Shown: positions 47,271-60,905 of the stretch, in pieces
How positions within the stretch are numbered: position 1 is the stretch's first letter
How the letters are laid out: the number at the start of each line of letters is the position of its first letter
Source: Pristiophorus japonicus
Taxonomy: Eukaryota
DNA length: 64,000 bases
Reading direction: 5' to 3'
Assembly: GCF_044704955.1 (NCBI RefSeq)
Contig: NW_027253510.1
Location: forward strand, 62,001 to 126,000
Notes under the pieces: model-generated
Databases searched by the model: none
What the model was told of the DNA's origin: nothing
The model's input: the letters and a program-made list of their open reading frames with translations, nothing else
Program-made: the position numbers and the translations under genes

Positions 47271-49500
47271 CTTGGTCAAAGAGGTAGGATTTAAGGAGCG
47301 TTTTAAAGGAGGCAAGAGAGGCGGAGAGGCAGAGAGGTCGAGGGAGAGAATTCCAGAGCTTAGGGCCATGGAAGCTGAAGGCACGGCCGCCAGTGGTTCA
47401 GTAATTAAAATCAGGGAAGCTCAACAGGGCAGAATTAGAGGAGCGCAGACATCTCGGGTTGGGGGCGGGGCCGGGGGGAGGCTGCAGTGTGGGGGGGGGG
47501 CAGTTGTGAGGCTGAAGGAGATTACAGAGATAGGGAGGGACAAGGTCATGCAGGGATTTGATAAGAAGGATGAGAATTTTAAAATTGGGGTATTGCTTAA
47601 ATGATAGCCAATATAGGTCAGAGAGCACAAGGGTGGTAGATTAACTAGATTGAGCGAGTTAGGACAGCAAAGTTTTGGATGACCTCAAATTCACATAGTG
47701 TTGAATATGGAAGGCCAGGCAGGAGTGCATTGGAATAGTCAAGTCTAGAGGTAACAAAGACATAGATGAGGGTTTCAGCAGCAAATGAGCTGAGTCTGGG
47801 GCAGAGACGGGCGATGTTACGATGTGGAAATAGGTGGTCTTAGTTTTGGCGCGGATATCTGGTCGGAAGCTCATTTCAGGGTCAAATACGACAGCAAGGT
47901 TGCGAACCGTCTGGTTCAACCTCAGACAGAGGTTGGGGAGAGGGATGGAGTTTGTGGCAGGGACCGAAGACAATGGCTTCGGGCTTCTCAATATTTAATT
48001 GGAGAAAATCTCTGTTCATCCAGTACAGGATCGGACAAGCAGTGTGATCATTTCGAGAGAGTGGAGGGGTCGAGATACATGTAGTGAGGTAGAGCTGGAT
48101 GTTGTTAGCATACATGTGGAAACTGATGCTGTGTTTTCGCCAAAAGGCAGCATGTAGATGAAAAATAGAAGGGGGCCAAGGATAGATCATTAGGGGACAC
48201 CAGAGGTAACATTGCAGGAGCAGGAAGAGAAGCCATTGCAGGTGATTCTCTGGCTACGATCAGATAGATAAGAATGGAACCAGGCGAGTGCAGTCCCACC
48301 CAGCTGGACGATGGTGGAGAGGCATTGGAGAAGGATGGAGTGGTGAACCATGTCAAAGGCTGCAGACAAGTCAAGGAGGACAAAGAGCGATAGGTTACCT
48401 TTGTCACAGTCACATAGGATTTCATTTGTGACTTTGATAGCCATTTTGGTTCTGTGGCAGGGGTGAAGACCTGATTGGAGGGATTCAGTATGGAGTTCCA
48501 GGAAAGATGGGCACTGATTTGGGAGGCGACAACATGTTCAAGGACTCTGGAGAGGAAATGGAGGTTGGAGATGGGCTGGCACTTTACAAGGACGGAGGGA
48601 CAAGGATTTAATTTTTGAGAGGGGTGATGGTGACAGATTTGATGGAGAGGGTGACAGTACCCGAGGAGAGAGAACCATTAACAATGTTAGCTAACATGGG
48701 ATCCAGAAAAGGAAGTTGTGTGGTCAGCAGTTTAGTGGGAATGGGTTTGATGGGGCAGCATGTGGCTTATGTGGACTAGATTGGGTCGGAGGGGGCACGA
48801 GGGAAGATCAGAGAACAATTAGAGGGCTGGGCCAGGGAGGATCCTGGTGGGCTAGGGGTAGGGAGGGAAGTGGCAGGGGCAGCTGAATGGATGGTCACAA
48901 TCTTAGAGACAAAGACGTTCATGAGCTCCTCACACTTGTTGTTGAAGGTGAGGGTGGAGGAGACAGGAGAGAGGGGTTTAAGAAGACGGTTAACAGTAGA
49001 GAAAAGAAGCTGGAGGGTTTATCTTTACATTGCAAAATGATTCTGGAATAGTGAGTGATTTTGGCAGACCAGAGCAGGACCCGATAGTTCTTTATGTGGC
49101 CCAGCCAGATCTGGTGGTGAATGGTGAAACCAGTTGTCCGCTTTACCCGTTCAAGTCTGCGTACCTTGTACTTAAGGGAGTGAGGATGAGGGCTGTACCA
49201 TGGGAACGGCCAGGGTGAGAGACAGTACTGGTTTTATTCGGGCCTCGGGTGCCAAAGGTTGTGGTGAGGTTGTTGTGGAGCAGATCGGTGACTGCAGGAA
49301 TGTCGTGGTGAATGGAGGGCCAAAGGCTGGACTGTTGGGATTTTGGACTTGCAGTTGTGAAAGTTTTTTTTCTAAGGCAGACACAAAAGAAAGTAGGTTT
49401 GGGGGTGGGGAGGGAGCAGGATGTCGGGGGAGAGCGATGCAAAGAAGTGGTCAGAAATGGTCTTATCTGTGATTGAGACGATGGGAGTCGCAAGGCTACA
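47270..49500 (-). mobile_element. L2 LINE, degenerate ORF2
   Basis: LLDLSAAFDMVHHSILL..LAWFHSYLSDRSQ..SGVP; SFHMYANNIQLY; VRNLAVVFDPEMSF. Confidence 0.85.
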
Positions 49501-49504
49501 TGAG

Positions 49505-52130
49505 ATGGCAAGGACACGTGTATTGCCTTGAAACTTCTTCAGCAGTCCCTCGGAGTCGAGAATGACTTGCTTCCACACTAATGAGTTCTCAAATGAATGA
49601 TGAGTCCAATGCGGGTCCTACAGTCTCTGTCACAGGTGGGGCAGACGGTGGTTGGAGTGATGGCTGGGTACGGTGCTTGGATTGTCGTGCGCTCCTTCCG
49701 CTGTTTGCGCTTGGCTTCTGCGTGCTCCCGGCGAAGAGACTCGAGGTGTTCGGCACCTTCCCGGATGCTTCTCCATTTTGAGCTGTCTTGGGCCAGGGAT
49801 TCCCAGGTGTCGGTGGGGATGTTGCACTTTTTCAAGGAGGCTTTGAGGGTGTCCTTGAAGAGTTTCCTCTGCCCATTTGGGACTCGCATGCCGTGTCGGA
49901 GCTCTGAGCAGAGCACTTGTTTTGAGAGTCTAGTGTCGGGCATGTGGACAATGTGGCCTGTCCATCGAAGCTGATCGAGTGTGGTCAATACTTCGATGCT
50001 GGGAATGTTGGCCTGAGCGAGAACACTGACGTTGGTGCACCTAGACTGCCAATGGATTTGCAGGATCTTGCGCAGGCAGTGTTGGTGTGGTACTTCTCCA
50101 GTGCTTTGAGGTGCCTGCTGTACATAGTCCATGTCTCTGAAGCATATAGGAGTGCGGGTAGACCACGAGCTTGGTGCCAGGTTTGAGGTCCTGGTCTTCA
50201 AACACTCTCTTCCTCAGGCGATCGAAGGCTGCACTGGCACACTGAAGGCGGTGTTGGACTTCATCATCGACGTCTGCCCTTGTTGACAGTGGCCTCCCGA
50301 GGTATGGAAAATGGTCCACGTTGTCCAAGGCCTTGTCATGGATCTTGATAATCGGGGGTTAGTACAGTGTGGCGGAGGCAGGTTGGTCGAGGACCTTTGT
50401 CTTACGGGTGTTTAGAGCAAGGCTCATACTCTCGTACACTTCGGTGAAGGTGTAGTCGATGGTTTGGATTTCGACCTCCGTGTATGCACAAATGCAAGCG
50501 TCGTCTACGTACTGTAATTCAATGACAGAGGTTGGATGAACATGGAGGTGACGGAGTTTGAACAGTTTCCCGTTTGTTCTGTAGATTAGTTTCACTCCAG
50601 CAGGGAGCTTATTGAGGGTGAGATGGAGCATTGCAGCAAGGAAGATGGAGAAGAGCGTTGGTGCAATGACACAGCCTTGCTTGACTCCGGTCCACACGTG
50701 CATTGGGTCTGTGGTGGATCCATTGGTCACGGCTTGCGTGTCATCGTGAAGCTGGCAGAGGATGGTGACAAACATTTGAGGGCTGACGAATTTGAGGAGG
50801 ATACTCCATAATCTCTCACGGTTGACAGTGTTGAAGGCCTTTGTGAGGTCAAAGAAGGCCATGTACAGAGGTTGATGCTGCTCCCTGCATTTCTCTTGAA
50901 CTTGACGCGTGGTGAAGATCATGTCTATGGTGCCCCTTAGTGGCCGGAATCGCATTGTGACTCTGGGAGAGGCTCTTCAGCCACTGGGAGAAAGCGATTG
51001 AAGAGGATACTTGCGATGACTTTCCCTGTGGCTCACAACAGGGAAACTCCTCTGTAATTACCACAATCGGACTTGTCACCTTTTTTGAAGATGGTCACGA
51101 TTACAGCATCTGAGAGCCTCTGGCATGCTCTCCTCCTTCCAAATAAGAGAAATTAGTTCATGGATTCGTGCCAATAGTACTTTTCCACCATGCTTTAGTG
51201 CTTCAGCGGGGATTCCATCTGGTCCTGAGACCTTGTTGTTCTTCAGTTGTCGCATGGCCTTTTCAACCTCATGCCGGGCTGGGGTTGTGCTGAGGTGATG
51301 GTGGGTAGCATGCTGCAGAATGAAGTCGAGGACATTCATGTCAAAGACAGATTCTTGGTTAAGGAGATCTTCGAATTGTTCCTTCCAGCGGGCACTGACT
51401 GCCTCTCTGTCCTTAATGAATATGTCTCCGTTCTTGGCCCACAAGTGGGTTGTACCTTGGGTGCTTGGGCCATAGGTGGTCTTGACTGCGCTAAAGAATC
51501 CACGCATGTCGTGGTTGTGGGCTACTTGCTGGATCTCCTGCGCTTTTTCCACCCACCATTTGTTCATTCGGTCACGAGTTTTATTTTGGACATCAACCTT
51601 CAGACGTTGATAGAGCTGCTTTCTTGTTCTCGAGTTATGATGCTCTTTGCAGTTCAAGAATGCCTTGCGTTTGTGACTTATTAGCTCCTGGACCTCCTGG
51701 TCGTACTCATCGAACCAGTCTTGGTGTTTCCTGGTGGAGTGACCGAGTGTCTCTTCACAGGTGCTAATTATGGAGGCCTTGAGGCGGAGGGGTTTAGGGA
51801 GGATATTCCAGAGTTTAGGGCCTCGGCACACAGACTACAGTGGACACTGTGCGTCTCCGGTTCACTGGAAGCCGTCAGGTTGGTTGTGAGATGCTGGCTG
51901 AATGGAGCTTTCTTAGCAGGGTCTTTGAGTATTCCAGCATCAATTTCTGTTGCCACCATTGTTTTGGGGCTACATTGTCCATCCAGCAGTTGTCAGTCCT
52001 GTCACGGCGCGGGTGATGCACATGTCCTTGTGGTCCCTCACACAAACAATGATGTAGTCTCGCAGATACCAGTGCTTGGAGCCAGGGTGTTGCCATGAGG
52101 CCTTGTACTTTGGGTCGCTGGGTTCCCTGA
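49505..52130 (-). mobile_element. RTE-clade LINE, degenerate ORF
   Basis: HQDWFDE, KVSGPDGIPAEALKHGG, FRPLRGTIDMIF..LYMAFFDLTKAF, GVKQGCVIAPTLF, ELQYVDD, QLRWTGHIV, and a C-terminal CPTCDRDC..GLIIHLRTH zinc finger. Confidence 0.9.
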
Positions 52131-52789
52131 TGTAAGGAGAAAATCTATTAGTGGTGTTTGCAGGGCAGGCGTCCCCAGTGGCTGGCATCCTCACCTCATA
52201 TTCCCTCTTTCTCCCCTGCTGTACCACCTGAAGCTTTTTTAAATCATTCTTTGCAATGTGTGTGTCGCGGCCAAGCCCTGCATTTACTGCCCATCCCCAG
52301 CTGCCCTTGAGAAGGTCGTGGTGGGCTGCCTTGTTGGACCGATGTAGTCTGTGTGCCTAGGCCCTAAACTCCGGAATATCCTCCCTAAACCCCTCCGCCT
52401 CACTATCTCTCTCTCCTCCTCTGAGACACTCATTGAAACCTACGTGTTTGACCAAGCTTTTGGTCACCTGTCCTAATATCTCCTTATATGGTTCGGTGTC
52501 AAATGTTGATAATGCTCCTGTGAAGCACCTTGGGACATTTTACTACATTAATGGTGCTATGTAAATGCAAGTTGTTGCTTTTCAAGGTACTCCCACCGTG
52601 CTTTTAGGGAGGGAGTTCCTGGATTGTGACCCAGCAACAATGAATATACATCGAAGTCAGGATGGTGTGTGACTGGAGAAATTGGAGGTGGTGGTGTTCC
52701 AATGTCCTTCTAGATGGTGGAGGTCGTGGGATTCGGAAATGCTGCCGAAGAAGCCTTGGTGAGTTGCTGCAGTCCTGCAGTAGTAAGTG

Positions 52790-55327
52790 TTCACTGCAGA
52801 CACGGTGTGTCGGTGGTGGAGGGAGTCGTTGTTTAATCTGGGATAGTGAGTTAGTGCTCACTGCAGACACGGTGTGTCGGTGGTGGAGGGAGTCGTTGTT
52901 TAATCTGGGATAGTGAGTTAGTGCTCACTGCAGACACGGTGTGTCGGTGGTGGAGGGAGTCGTTGTTTAATCTGGGATAGTGAGTTAGTGCTCACTGCAG
53001 ACACGGTGTGTCGGTGGTGGAGGGAGTCGTTGTTTAATCTGGGATAGTGAGTTAGTGCTCACTGCAGACACGGTGTGTCGGTGGTGGAGGGAGTCGTTGT
53101 TTAATCTGGGATAGTGAGTTAGTGCTCACTGCAGACACCGTGTGTCGGTGGTGGAGGGAGTCGTTGTTTAATCTGGGATAGTGAGTTAGTGCTCACTGCA
53201 GACACAGTGTGTCGGTGGTGGAGGGAGTCGTTGTTTAATCTGGGATAGTGAGTTAGTGCTCACTGCAGACACGGTGTGTCGGTGGTGGAGGGAGTCGTTG
53301 TTTAATCTGGGATAGTGAGTTAGTGCTCACTGCAGACACGGTGTGTCGGGGGTGGAGGGAGTCGTTGTTTAATCTGGGATAGTGAGTTAGTGCTCACTGC
53401 AGACACGGTGTGTCGGTGGTGGAGGGAGTCGTTGTTTAATCTGGGATAGTGAGTTAGTGCTCACTGCAGACACGGTGTGTCGGTGGTGGAGGGAGTCGTT
53501 GTTTAATCTGGGATAGTGAGTTAGTGCTCACTGCAGACACGGTGTGTCGGTGGTGGAGGGAGTCGTTGTTTAATCTGGGATAGTGAGTTAGTGCTCACTG
53601 CAGACACGGTGTGTCGGTGGTGGAGGGAGTCGTTGTTTAATCTGGGATAGTGAGTTAGTGCTCACTGCAGACACGGTGTGTCGGTGGTGGAGGGAGTCGT
53701 TGTTTAATCTGGGATAGTGAGTTAGTGCTCACTGCAGACACGGTGTGTCGGTGGTGGAGGGAGTCGTTGTTTAATCTGGGATAGTGAGTTAGTGCTCACT
53801 GCAGACACGGTGTGTCGGTGGTGGAGGGAGTCGTTGTTTAATCTGGGATAGTGAGTTAGTGCTCACTGCAGACACGGTGTGTCGGTGGTGGAGGGAGTCG
53901 TTGTTTAATCTGGGATAGTGAGTTAGTGCTCACTGCAGACACGGTGTGTCAGGGGTGGAGGGAGTCGTTGTTTAATCTGGGATAGTGAGTTAGTGCTCAC
54001 TGCAGACACAGTGTGTCAGTGGTGGAGGGAGTCGTTGTTTAATCTGGGATAGTGAGTTAGTGCTCACTGCAGACACGGTGTGTCGGTGGTGGAGGGAGTC
54101 GTTGTTTAATCTGGGATAGTGAGTTAGTGCTCACTGCAGACACAGTGTGTCAGTGGTGGAGGGAGTCGTTGTTTAATCTGGGATAGTGAGTTAGTGCTCA
54201 CTGCAGACACGGTGTGTCGGTGGTGGAGGGAGTCGTTGTTTAATCTGGGATAGTGAGTTAGTGCTCACTGCAGACACGGTGTGTCGGTGGTGGAGGGAGT
54301 CGTTGTTTAATCTGGGATAGTGAGTTAGTGCTCACTGCAGACACAGTGTGTCGGTGGTGGAGGGAGTCGTTGTTTAATCTGTGAAAGTGAGTTAGTGCTC
54401 ACTGCAGACACGGTGTGTCAGGGGTGGAGGGAGTCGTTGTTTAATCTGGGATAGTGAGTTAGTGCTCACTGCAGACACGGTGTGTCGGTGGTGGAGGGAG
54501 TCGTTGTTTAATCTGGGATAGTGAGTTAGTGCTCACTGCAGACACGGTGTGTCGGGGGTGGAGGGAGTCGTTGTTTAATCTGGGATAGTGAGTTAGTGCT
54601 CACTGCAGACACGGTGTGTCGGTGGTGGAGGGAGTCGTTGTTTAATCTGGGATAGTGAGTTAGTGCTCACTGCAGACACAGTGTGTCGGTGGTGGAGGGA
54701 GTCGTTGTTTAATCTGGGATAGTGAGTTAGTGCTCACTGCAGACACGGTGTGTCGGTGGTGGAGGGAGTCGTTGTTTAATCTGGGATAGTGAGTTAGTGC
54801 TCACTGCAGACACGGTGTGTCGGTGGTGGAGGGAGTCGTTGTTTAATCTGGGATAGTGAGTTAGTGCTCACTGTAGACACGGTGTGTCGGTGGTGGAGGG
54901 AGTCGTTGTTTAATCTGGGATAGTGAGTTAGTGCTCACTGCAGACACAGTGTGTCGGTGGTGGAGGGAGTCGTTGTTTAATCTGGGATAGTGAGTTAGTG
55001 CTCACTGCAGACACGGTGTGTCGGTGGTGGAGGGAGTCGTTGTTTAATCTGGGATAGTGAGTTAGGGCTCACTGCAGACACGGTGTGTCGGTGGTGGAGG
55101 GAGTCGTTGTTTAATCTGGGATAGTGAGTTAGTGCTCACTGCAGACACGGTGTGTTGGTGGTGGAGGGAGTCGTTGTTTAATCTGGGATAGTGAGTTAGT
55201 GCTCACTGCAGACACGGTGTGTCGGTGGTGGAGGGAGTCGTTGTTTAATCTGGGATAGTGAGTTAGTGCTCACTGCAGACACGGTGTGTCGGAGGTGGAG
55301 GGAGTCGTTGTTTAATCTGGGATAGTG
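52790..55327. repeat. 67-bp tandem repeat, about 38 near-identical copies
   Basis: Unit gtgctcactgcagacacggtgtgtcggtggtggagggagtcgttgtttaatctgggatagtgagtta; period of 67 (52921 to 52988). Confidence 0.97.
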
Positions 55328-56899
55328 TCGAGCTTTGAGTGTTGTTGTAGCTGCACAACAGTGGAATTTTGAGTGATATGGCCGAGGCTGGTCCAGCCCA
55401 TTCTTTATCTTTGTATCTGTCTCTCTCTCCCAAAAAATTGTGATTCTCTGTCAAAAATGTATATCTGGAATTTGGAAACTGAGATAACAACAACTTGCAT
55501 TTATATCGCGCCTTCATGTAGAAAAATGTTCCAATGTGCTTCACAGGAGTGTAATCAGACAAGAGTTGACATCGAGCCACTAAAGAAGGCAGGTGATCAA
55601 ACACTTGGTCAAAGAGGTCGGCTTTTAGCAGCATCTTGAGGAGAGAGAGGTGGAGAAGTGAAGAGATTTGGGAAGGAAAATTAGGGCCTAGACGGCTGAA
55701 CCAATGTTTGGGGGAAGAGAATGAGGATGCACAAGAGGCCAAATTTGGAGGAACGTAGAGGCCTCGGAGGGTTATAGAGTTGTAGGAGGTTACAGAGGAA
55801 GGGATGGGCGAGGCCACGGAGAGATTTAAACACAAGGATGAGAATTTTAAATTTGAGGTGTTGGTGACTGGGAGCTAATGTTGGTCAGCGATGAATGGGA
55901 CTAGTGCGAGTTTGGCTAAGGGCAGCAGAGTTTTGGATGAGTTCAAGTTTATGGAGGGTGGAAGATGTGAGGCAGGCCAGGAGAGTGTTGGAATAGTTGT
56001 GTCTGTAGGGAACAAGAGCATGGGTGAGGGTTTCAGTCGCAGATCGGCAGGGGCAGAGACGGGCGATATTACAGAAGTGAAAGAAGGCGGTCTAAGTGTT
56101 CCCAGATCACAAGCTCACAATTTCCTCTCCAGTAAAATTGTGAAAACACAGTAACAAGGAGGAACTCTCAAAATCATTTGTTCTTGTCCTCTCTTATTTG
56201 TGACATTTGTAACCAGACTGATTGTACTGGCTGCCTTAAATGTCACTGTGCACAGCCCAAGTGACCATCAGCAGGGGTGGGTGTTATCCCCAGTTTAAAG
56301 TGTATGTACACACGTCATCAAACCCACAAACAAAGCCGCTCTTTCAAAAATGGTCAATCCATAAATAATCTGCATCGGTTTTATTTACACTGCCTCCTTA
56401 ATGACACTTCCGTAACAGGAATAGATTTTGGTCCTTCATACACGTGATTGGCATCCAAAACCGGGCCATGAACAACCTCTTCTGCTAAAACTGGTCGAAT
56501 TATTTTTAGAAGCCGTACCACAACAGGAAAATGCCCAACCAGGGTATTTCCTGTAAATGCTGACCTGATCTCCTATAATAAGTGGTAATGTTAAGAATGT
56601 AGGAAGAATTAGGGATGAATTATACATAATCTACAACGCACACAGGCCCTGTGGCCCAATGGGTCCGCGCCGGTGTTGATACACCACACAAGCTCCTCCC
56701 ACTCGAATTACCATCAGCCGTGGCTCAGTGGGTAGCACTCTCTCGGTGGGAGGGGCCAGGAGTGAGCAGGTACTGCTGGTTGTTTGATTAATGCTGGGGG
56801 TTGGAGTGAGTTTGTAAAAAGTTGCTGTTGAGTTTTGGGGATATTTTTTTCCGGTTTTGGGGCCTTTTTGGCCCATAAACAGCAGCCAGATGTGCTGGG

Positions 56900-58222
56900 C
56901 CCCTCAGAGAACAATGTTCCCAGGATGCATTTAATCAGGGGAGAAAATGTTGGGGGAAGGGAGAATAAAAGACCCAAAGATTTGGGCCGGAACCCCAGGA
57001 GATTTGGAAAAGAAAACACGGTGGTGGTTCAGTGCAAGGATAAGGAGATACGAGCTTGGGACATTATCCAGGCAGTACATGAGGACTGCGGTGAGAGAAG
57101 CTGCTTTGCCTGCTGACCAAAGCCCAATGTTGGGTTTGAGGTCTCGGTCAGTGGCTGAGAGGAGGTGGGAAGACTTTTACTGAGTTTGAAGGTTGGTGAT
57201 AAGTTCTTGGATGTATCTCTGCTGTACTCTGAAGAGGTGATGGTCTCATTCTTAAACCTGACGGTTTATATTGCGGGCGATGTGCTAATAAAAAAGTTGG
57301 AGTCGTGGGACACTAAAATTTGCTCGGCAATAAAGAGGAGATACTCTCCAGGAACGCGGGAAGCAGGTGGAACCCGTTCTGTAAAGATGTGCTTCCCAGA
57401 GGGGATGATGTCATTACCCTGCAACATGAAATTTGAGACAATGGAAGGACTGCAGTACTTCCGGGTACTGCATGGTAACCAGGTGAAGATTTGCTATTAT
57501 TGTCTCGGACACGACCAGCTTGGAAGAAGCTGTCCAGACCTGTACTGCTATAACTGCGGTGAATCTGGACACATTGCTTGGAGCTGCAAGCCAGAGAGCT
57601 GTGGGGTGTGTCACAAAGGCCCCACCCTCTGAATGTGAGGCAGAAGGAAGCCCCTTGAGTGACGAGGAGATGGGAGAATGAGCAGGAGGTGTGAGTGGAG
57701 TGGCTGGAGGAGCAGAGCAGGCGGAGGACACTGCCGGCGAACGGAATGAGAAAAGAGCACAAGAAGAGGCAGAAAATTGCGGAGCAGAGAACAGGACGGA
57801 GATGGTGGAAAACATACCAAGTGTGGTGGAAAAGGACAAAGACAGCGAGGGGCAGCATGGGTCAAGGGCAGAGTCGAGCCATAATACGGCTCAGCTCACC
57901 CTAAGGAATCGGGTGTCCGTGGGGGGAGCGGAGGTGGGAACGGGGTAAGTGTAAGTACTCCAAAGAAAGGCGGGGAGTCAGATATCCTGGGGAGCAGGAG
58001 GGGGCAAAACAAGGAGAGGGTGCAAGAGGCAGGAGTCTTAAAGGGGCAGCAGGACAACGAGTGGGGAGACAAAGAAGCCAAAAGGGAGCAAGATAGGTGA
58101 AGACGCACCATTGTCCCAGAGAGAGAAGAAACGGGGAGCAAGGGTCAGTGGTGGAGCTGAGGCCGAAGGGAGCGGCACTGTTGGAGAAACCACGATAGCA
58201 GGAAGACTGTCGAAGGGACATT
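56900..58222 (+). mobile_element. L1/Tx1-type ORF1 remnant with CCHC zinc knuckles (ZCCHC3-like)
   Basis: GTRSVKMCFPEGMMSLP..FRVLHGNQVKICYYCLGHDQLGRSCPDLYCYNCGESGHIAWSC; frameshifted upstream, acidic low-complexity region downstream. Confidence 0.75.
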
Positions 58223-58309
58223 ATATAAGAACACAAGAAATAGGAGCAGGAGTCGGCCATACGGCCCCTCGAGCCTGCTCCGCCATTTAATACCATCATG
58301 GCTGAGATA

Positions 58310-58570
58310 AACCGAGACACTGTCTGCTCTCAGGTGGACGTAAAAGCTCCTCTGGCACCATTTCAAAGAAGAGCAGGGGAGTTATCCCCTGTCCTCGCCA
58401 ATATTTATCCCTCAATCAACAACAAAAACAAATTATCTGGTCATTATTGGCTGCCCCGTTTCCCACATTACAACAGTGACTACACTCCAAAAGTACTACA
58501 GTGGTTGTAAAGCGCTTTGAGACGTCTGGTGCTCGTGAAAGGCGCTATATAAATGCAGGTCTTTCTTTGT
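58310..58570 (+). mobile_element. SINE body and tail (Deu-domain-like shark SINE)
   Basis: ctctcaggtggacgtaaaag...gaagagcaggggagtt...gtcctcgccaatatttatccctcaa core and a ggcgctatataaatgca tail. tRNA-like heads occur at about 11930, 32345 (minus) and 56717. Confidence 0.55.
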
Positions 58571-59939
58571 GTGAATATGTTTTTTCCAGAGGACGGCCCA
58601 CTTGCTCTTGTTATTCGTTCCTCTTTATGTGGTTTGTACTTGAGCTGTGAGAACCCTGTAAGGAAGTTCAGTGACAATCAGCTATCTCTGAAACATCGAC
58701 GGTAGCATATTATACAGTGTGTGAATGAACAGGAATTTCATCTTTTAAAAATAATTAATTTGAAATGTTTGGCCCGAGGCTCACAGCCGTGACTCTGACC
58801 CTCTGTGTTGCAGTGGGTAAGTAAATGTCCAGAGTGGGGTCACCCAACCTGGGTTTGGTTTCATATGATCACATTTCTGAGTTTGATTTCGCGATTGTTG
58901 CCGGGTGGTGTGAGTCAGGTATTTTGCAGTCAGATATTTATGTTTAAGAATTGAGATATGTTGGGATTTCTCATGGTTCAGTGGACAAATACCCGGTAAG
59001 ATGTGACACTGAGCCACACTGCCCAGTTATCCCACTCCTGGTCTGTGTGTGTGACTGCTGGGGTGTGGAGACCAATAGGATCAACTGCTCTTCCAGGCTG
59101 AGAAGCCATCCACGATGTATTGTTCAGATTCACTTGTGAAGAACAGGCGTTGGGTGAGCTATCAGTAGGCTGGCCCCTCCTGTGAGGTAAGAGACAGTAT
59201 TATACTAAAAGCAAAGGCTGACACAAATGAAAAGCAATGTGGAAATAAAGCAACAAAGGGATACAAAGAAAGTAAGAGCTGCATAAAGGAATACAGAAAA
59301 AACTGGTGAAAATTATCAAAGCAAACAGCAGAAGTTATCAACAACAACAACTGGTATTTATATAGCACCTTTAATGTAGTGAAACTTCCCAAGGGGCTTC
59401 ACAGGAGTATTATGAGAGATAAAATTTGACACCAAGCTGCATAAGCAGAAATTAGTGCAGGTGATCAAAAGCTTGGTCAAAGAGGTATGTTTTAAGGATT
59501 GTCTTGAAGGAGGAAAGAGAGGCGGAGAGGTTTAGGCAGGGAGTTCCAGAGCTTGGGGCCCAGGCAACAGAAGGCACGGCCACCAATGGTGGAGCGATTA
59601 TAATCAGGGATGGGCAAGAGGGCAGAATTAGAGAAGCACAAACATCTCGGGGGACTGTATGGCAGGAGGAGATTACAGAGATAGGGAGGGGCGAGGCCAT
59701 GGAAGGATTTGAAAACAAGGATGAGAACTTTGAAATCGAGGCATTGCTTCACCGGAAGCTAATGTAAGTCAGCGAGCTCAGGGGTGATGGGTGAGTGGGA
59801 CTTGGTGCGAGTTAGGACACGGACAGCCGAGTTTTGGATCACCTCTAGTTTACGTAGGGCCGAATGTGGAGGCCGGCTAGGAGTGCTTTGGAATAGTCAA
59901 GTCACGAGGTGACAAAGGCACTGATGGGTGTTTCAGTTT

Positions 59940-60905
59940 ATTTAGAGAAAGGGAGTGGTTGAAGGGGAATGTGGGCCCAATAAAGACAGATACAGGCGAG
60001 ACTATAATAGATTATAAGGGCATGGCAGACTTGGGCAATGGAAACTGCATCCATTTAGAAGAATTTACTGGAGTTAATGCATGTAAAAAATGTCACTGTG
60101 TAAATATTGTGACTGAAGAGAGACAGATCTCCAGGACCTGCTGGTTACCACCCCGGATATTAAAAGAAACCAGTGAGGAAATTGTAGATGTGTTTGTCAT
60201 TGTTTTCCAGAATCCTCTAGAATCAGGAATTATGTCCTTGGTCTGGAAAATTGCAAATGGTGCTCCATATTTGAAGAAGGGAGGAGGCAGAAAGCAAGTA
60301 ACTACTGACCTGTCAGTTTAATGTCAGTTGTGGGGAAGTTGCTGGAATAGATCACCAGGGACAGAGTGACCGAGCACGTGGACAAGTCTGAGCTGATCAA
60401 AGAGAGCCAGCACGGATTGTGAAGACTAGGTCATGTCTGGTTCATCGAGCTGAATGTGTTTCGGAGCTCACTCACATGGTGGATAGGGGAGTGTCTACGG
60501 ATGTGGCCTGCATGAACTTCCAGAAAGATCAGGTTCCTGACAGATTATCAAACATGAGAAGGCATGGAATTGAAGGGGACTCAGTGACATGTGTTGGTCA
60601 TTGGTTGAGAGATAGGAGACAGTGACAGGTACTCTGATTAGCAGGATGTGACAAGTGGTGTTTCCCAGGGATCGGGACTGGGGCCTCAGCTCTTCACCAT
60701 ATTTATTAGTGATTTGGATGGAGGGACAGAGTTGTACATCCAAGATGGCACTGAGTTGGAGACACAGTAAGTTGTGCAGATGGGAACAGGAAGTTACAAA
60801 GGTACAGAGACAGACTCAGTGAGAGGGCAAAACTGGCAGGTGGGGTTTATTAGAGGGAAATGTGAGGTCATCCATTTTGGATCCAAGAAAGACAAATCGG
60901 AATAT
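59940..60905 (+). mobile_element. Old, decayed CR1 RT fragment
   Basis: NVGPIKTDTGE, PRILKE..WKIANGAPYLKKGG, DVACMNFQK. Confidence 0.72.

Noticed and set aside
52790-55327. CRISPR-like or RSS-array interpretation of the 67-bp repeat (some copies contain CACAGTG)
   Set aside because: Units are contiguous with no unique spacers, there are no cas genes, and the context is eukaryotic. No ACAAAAACC-like nonamer lies 12 or 23 bp from the heptamer-like sequence.
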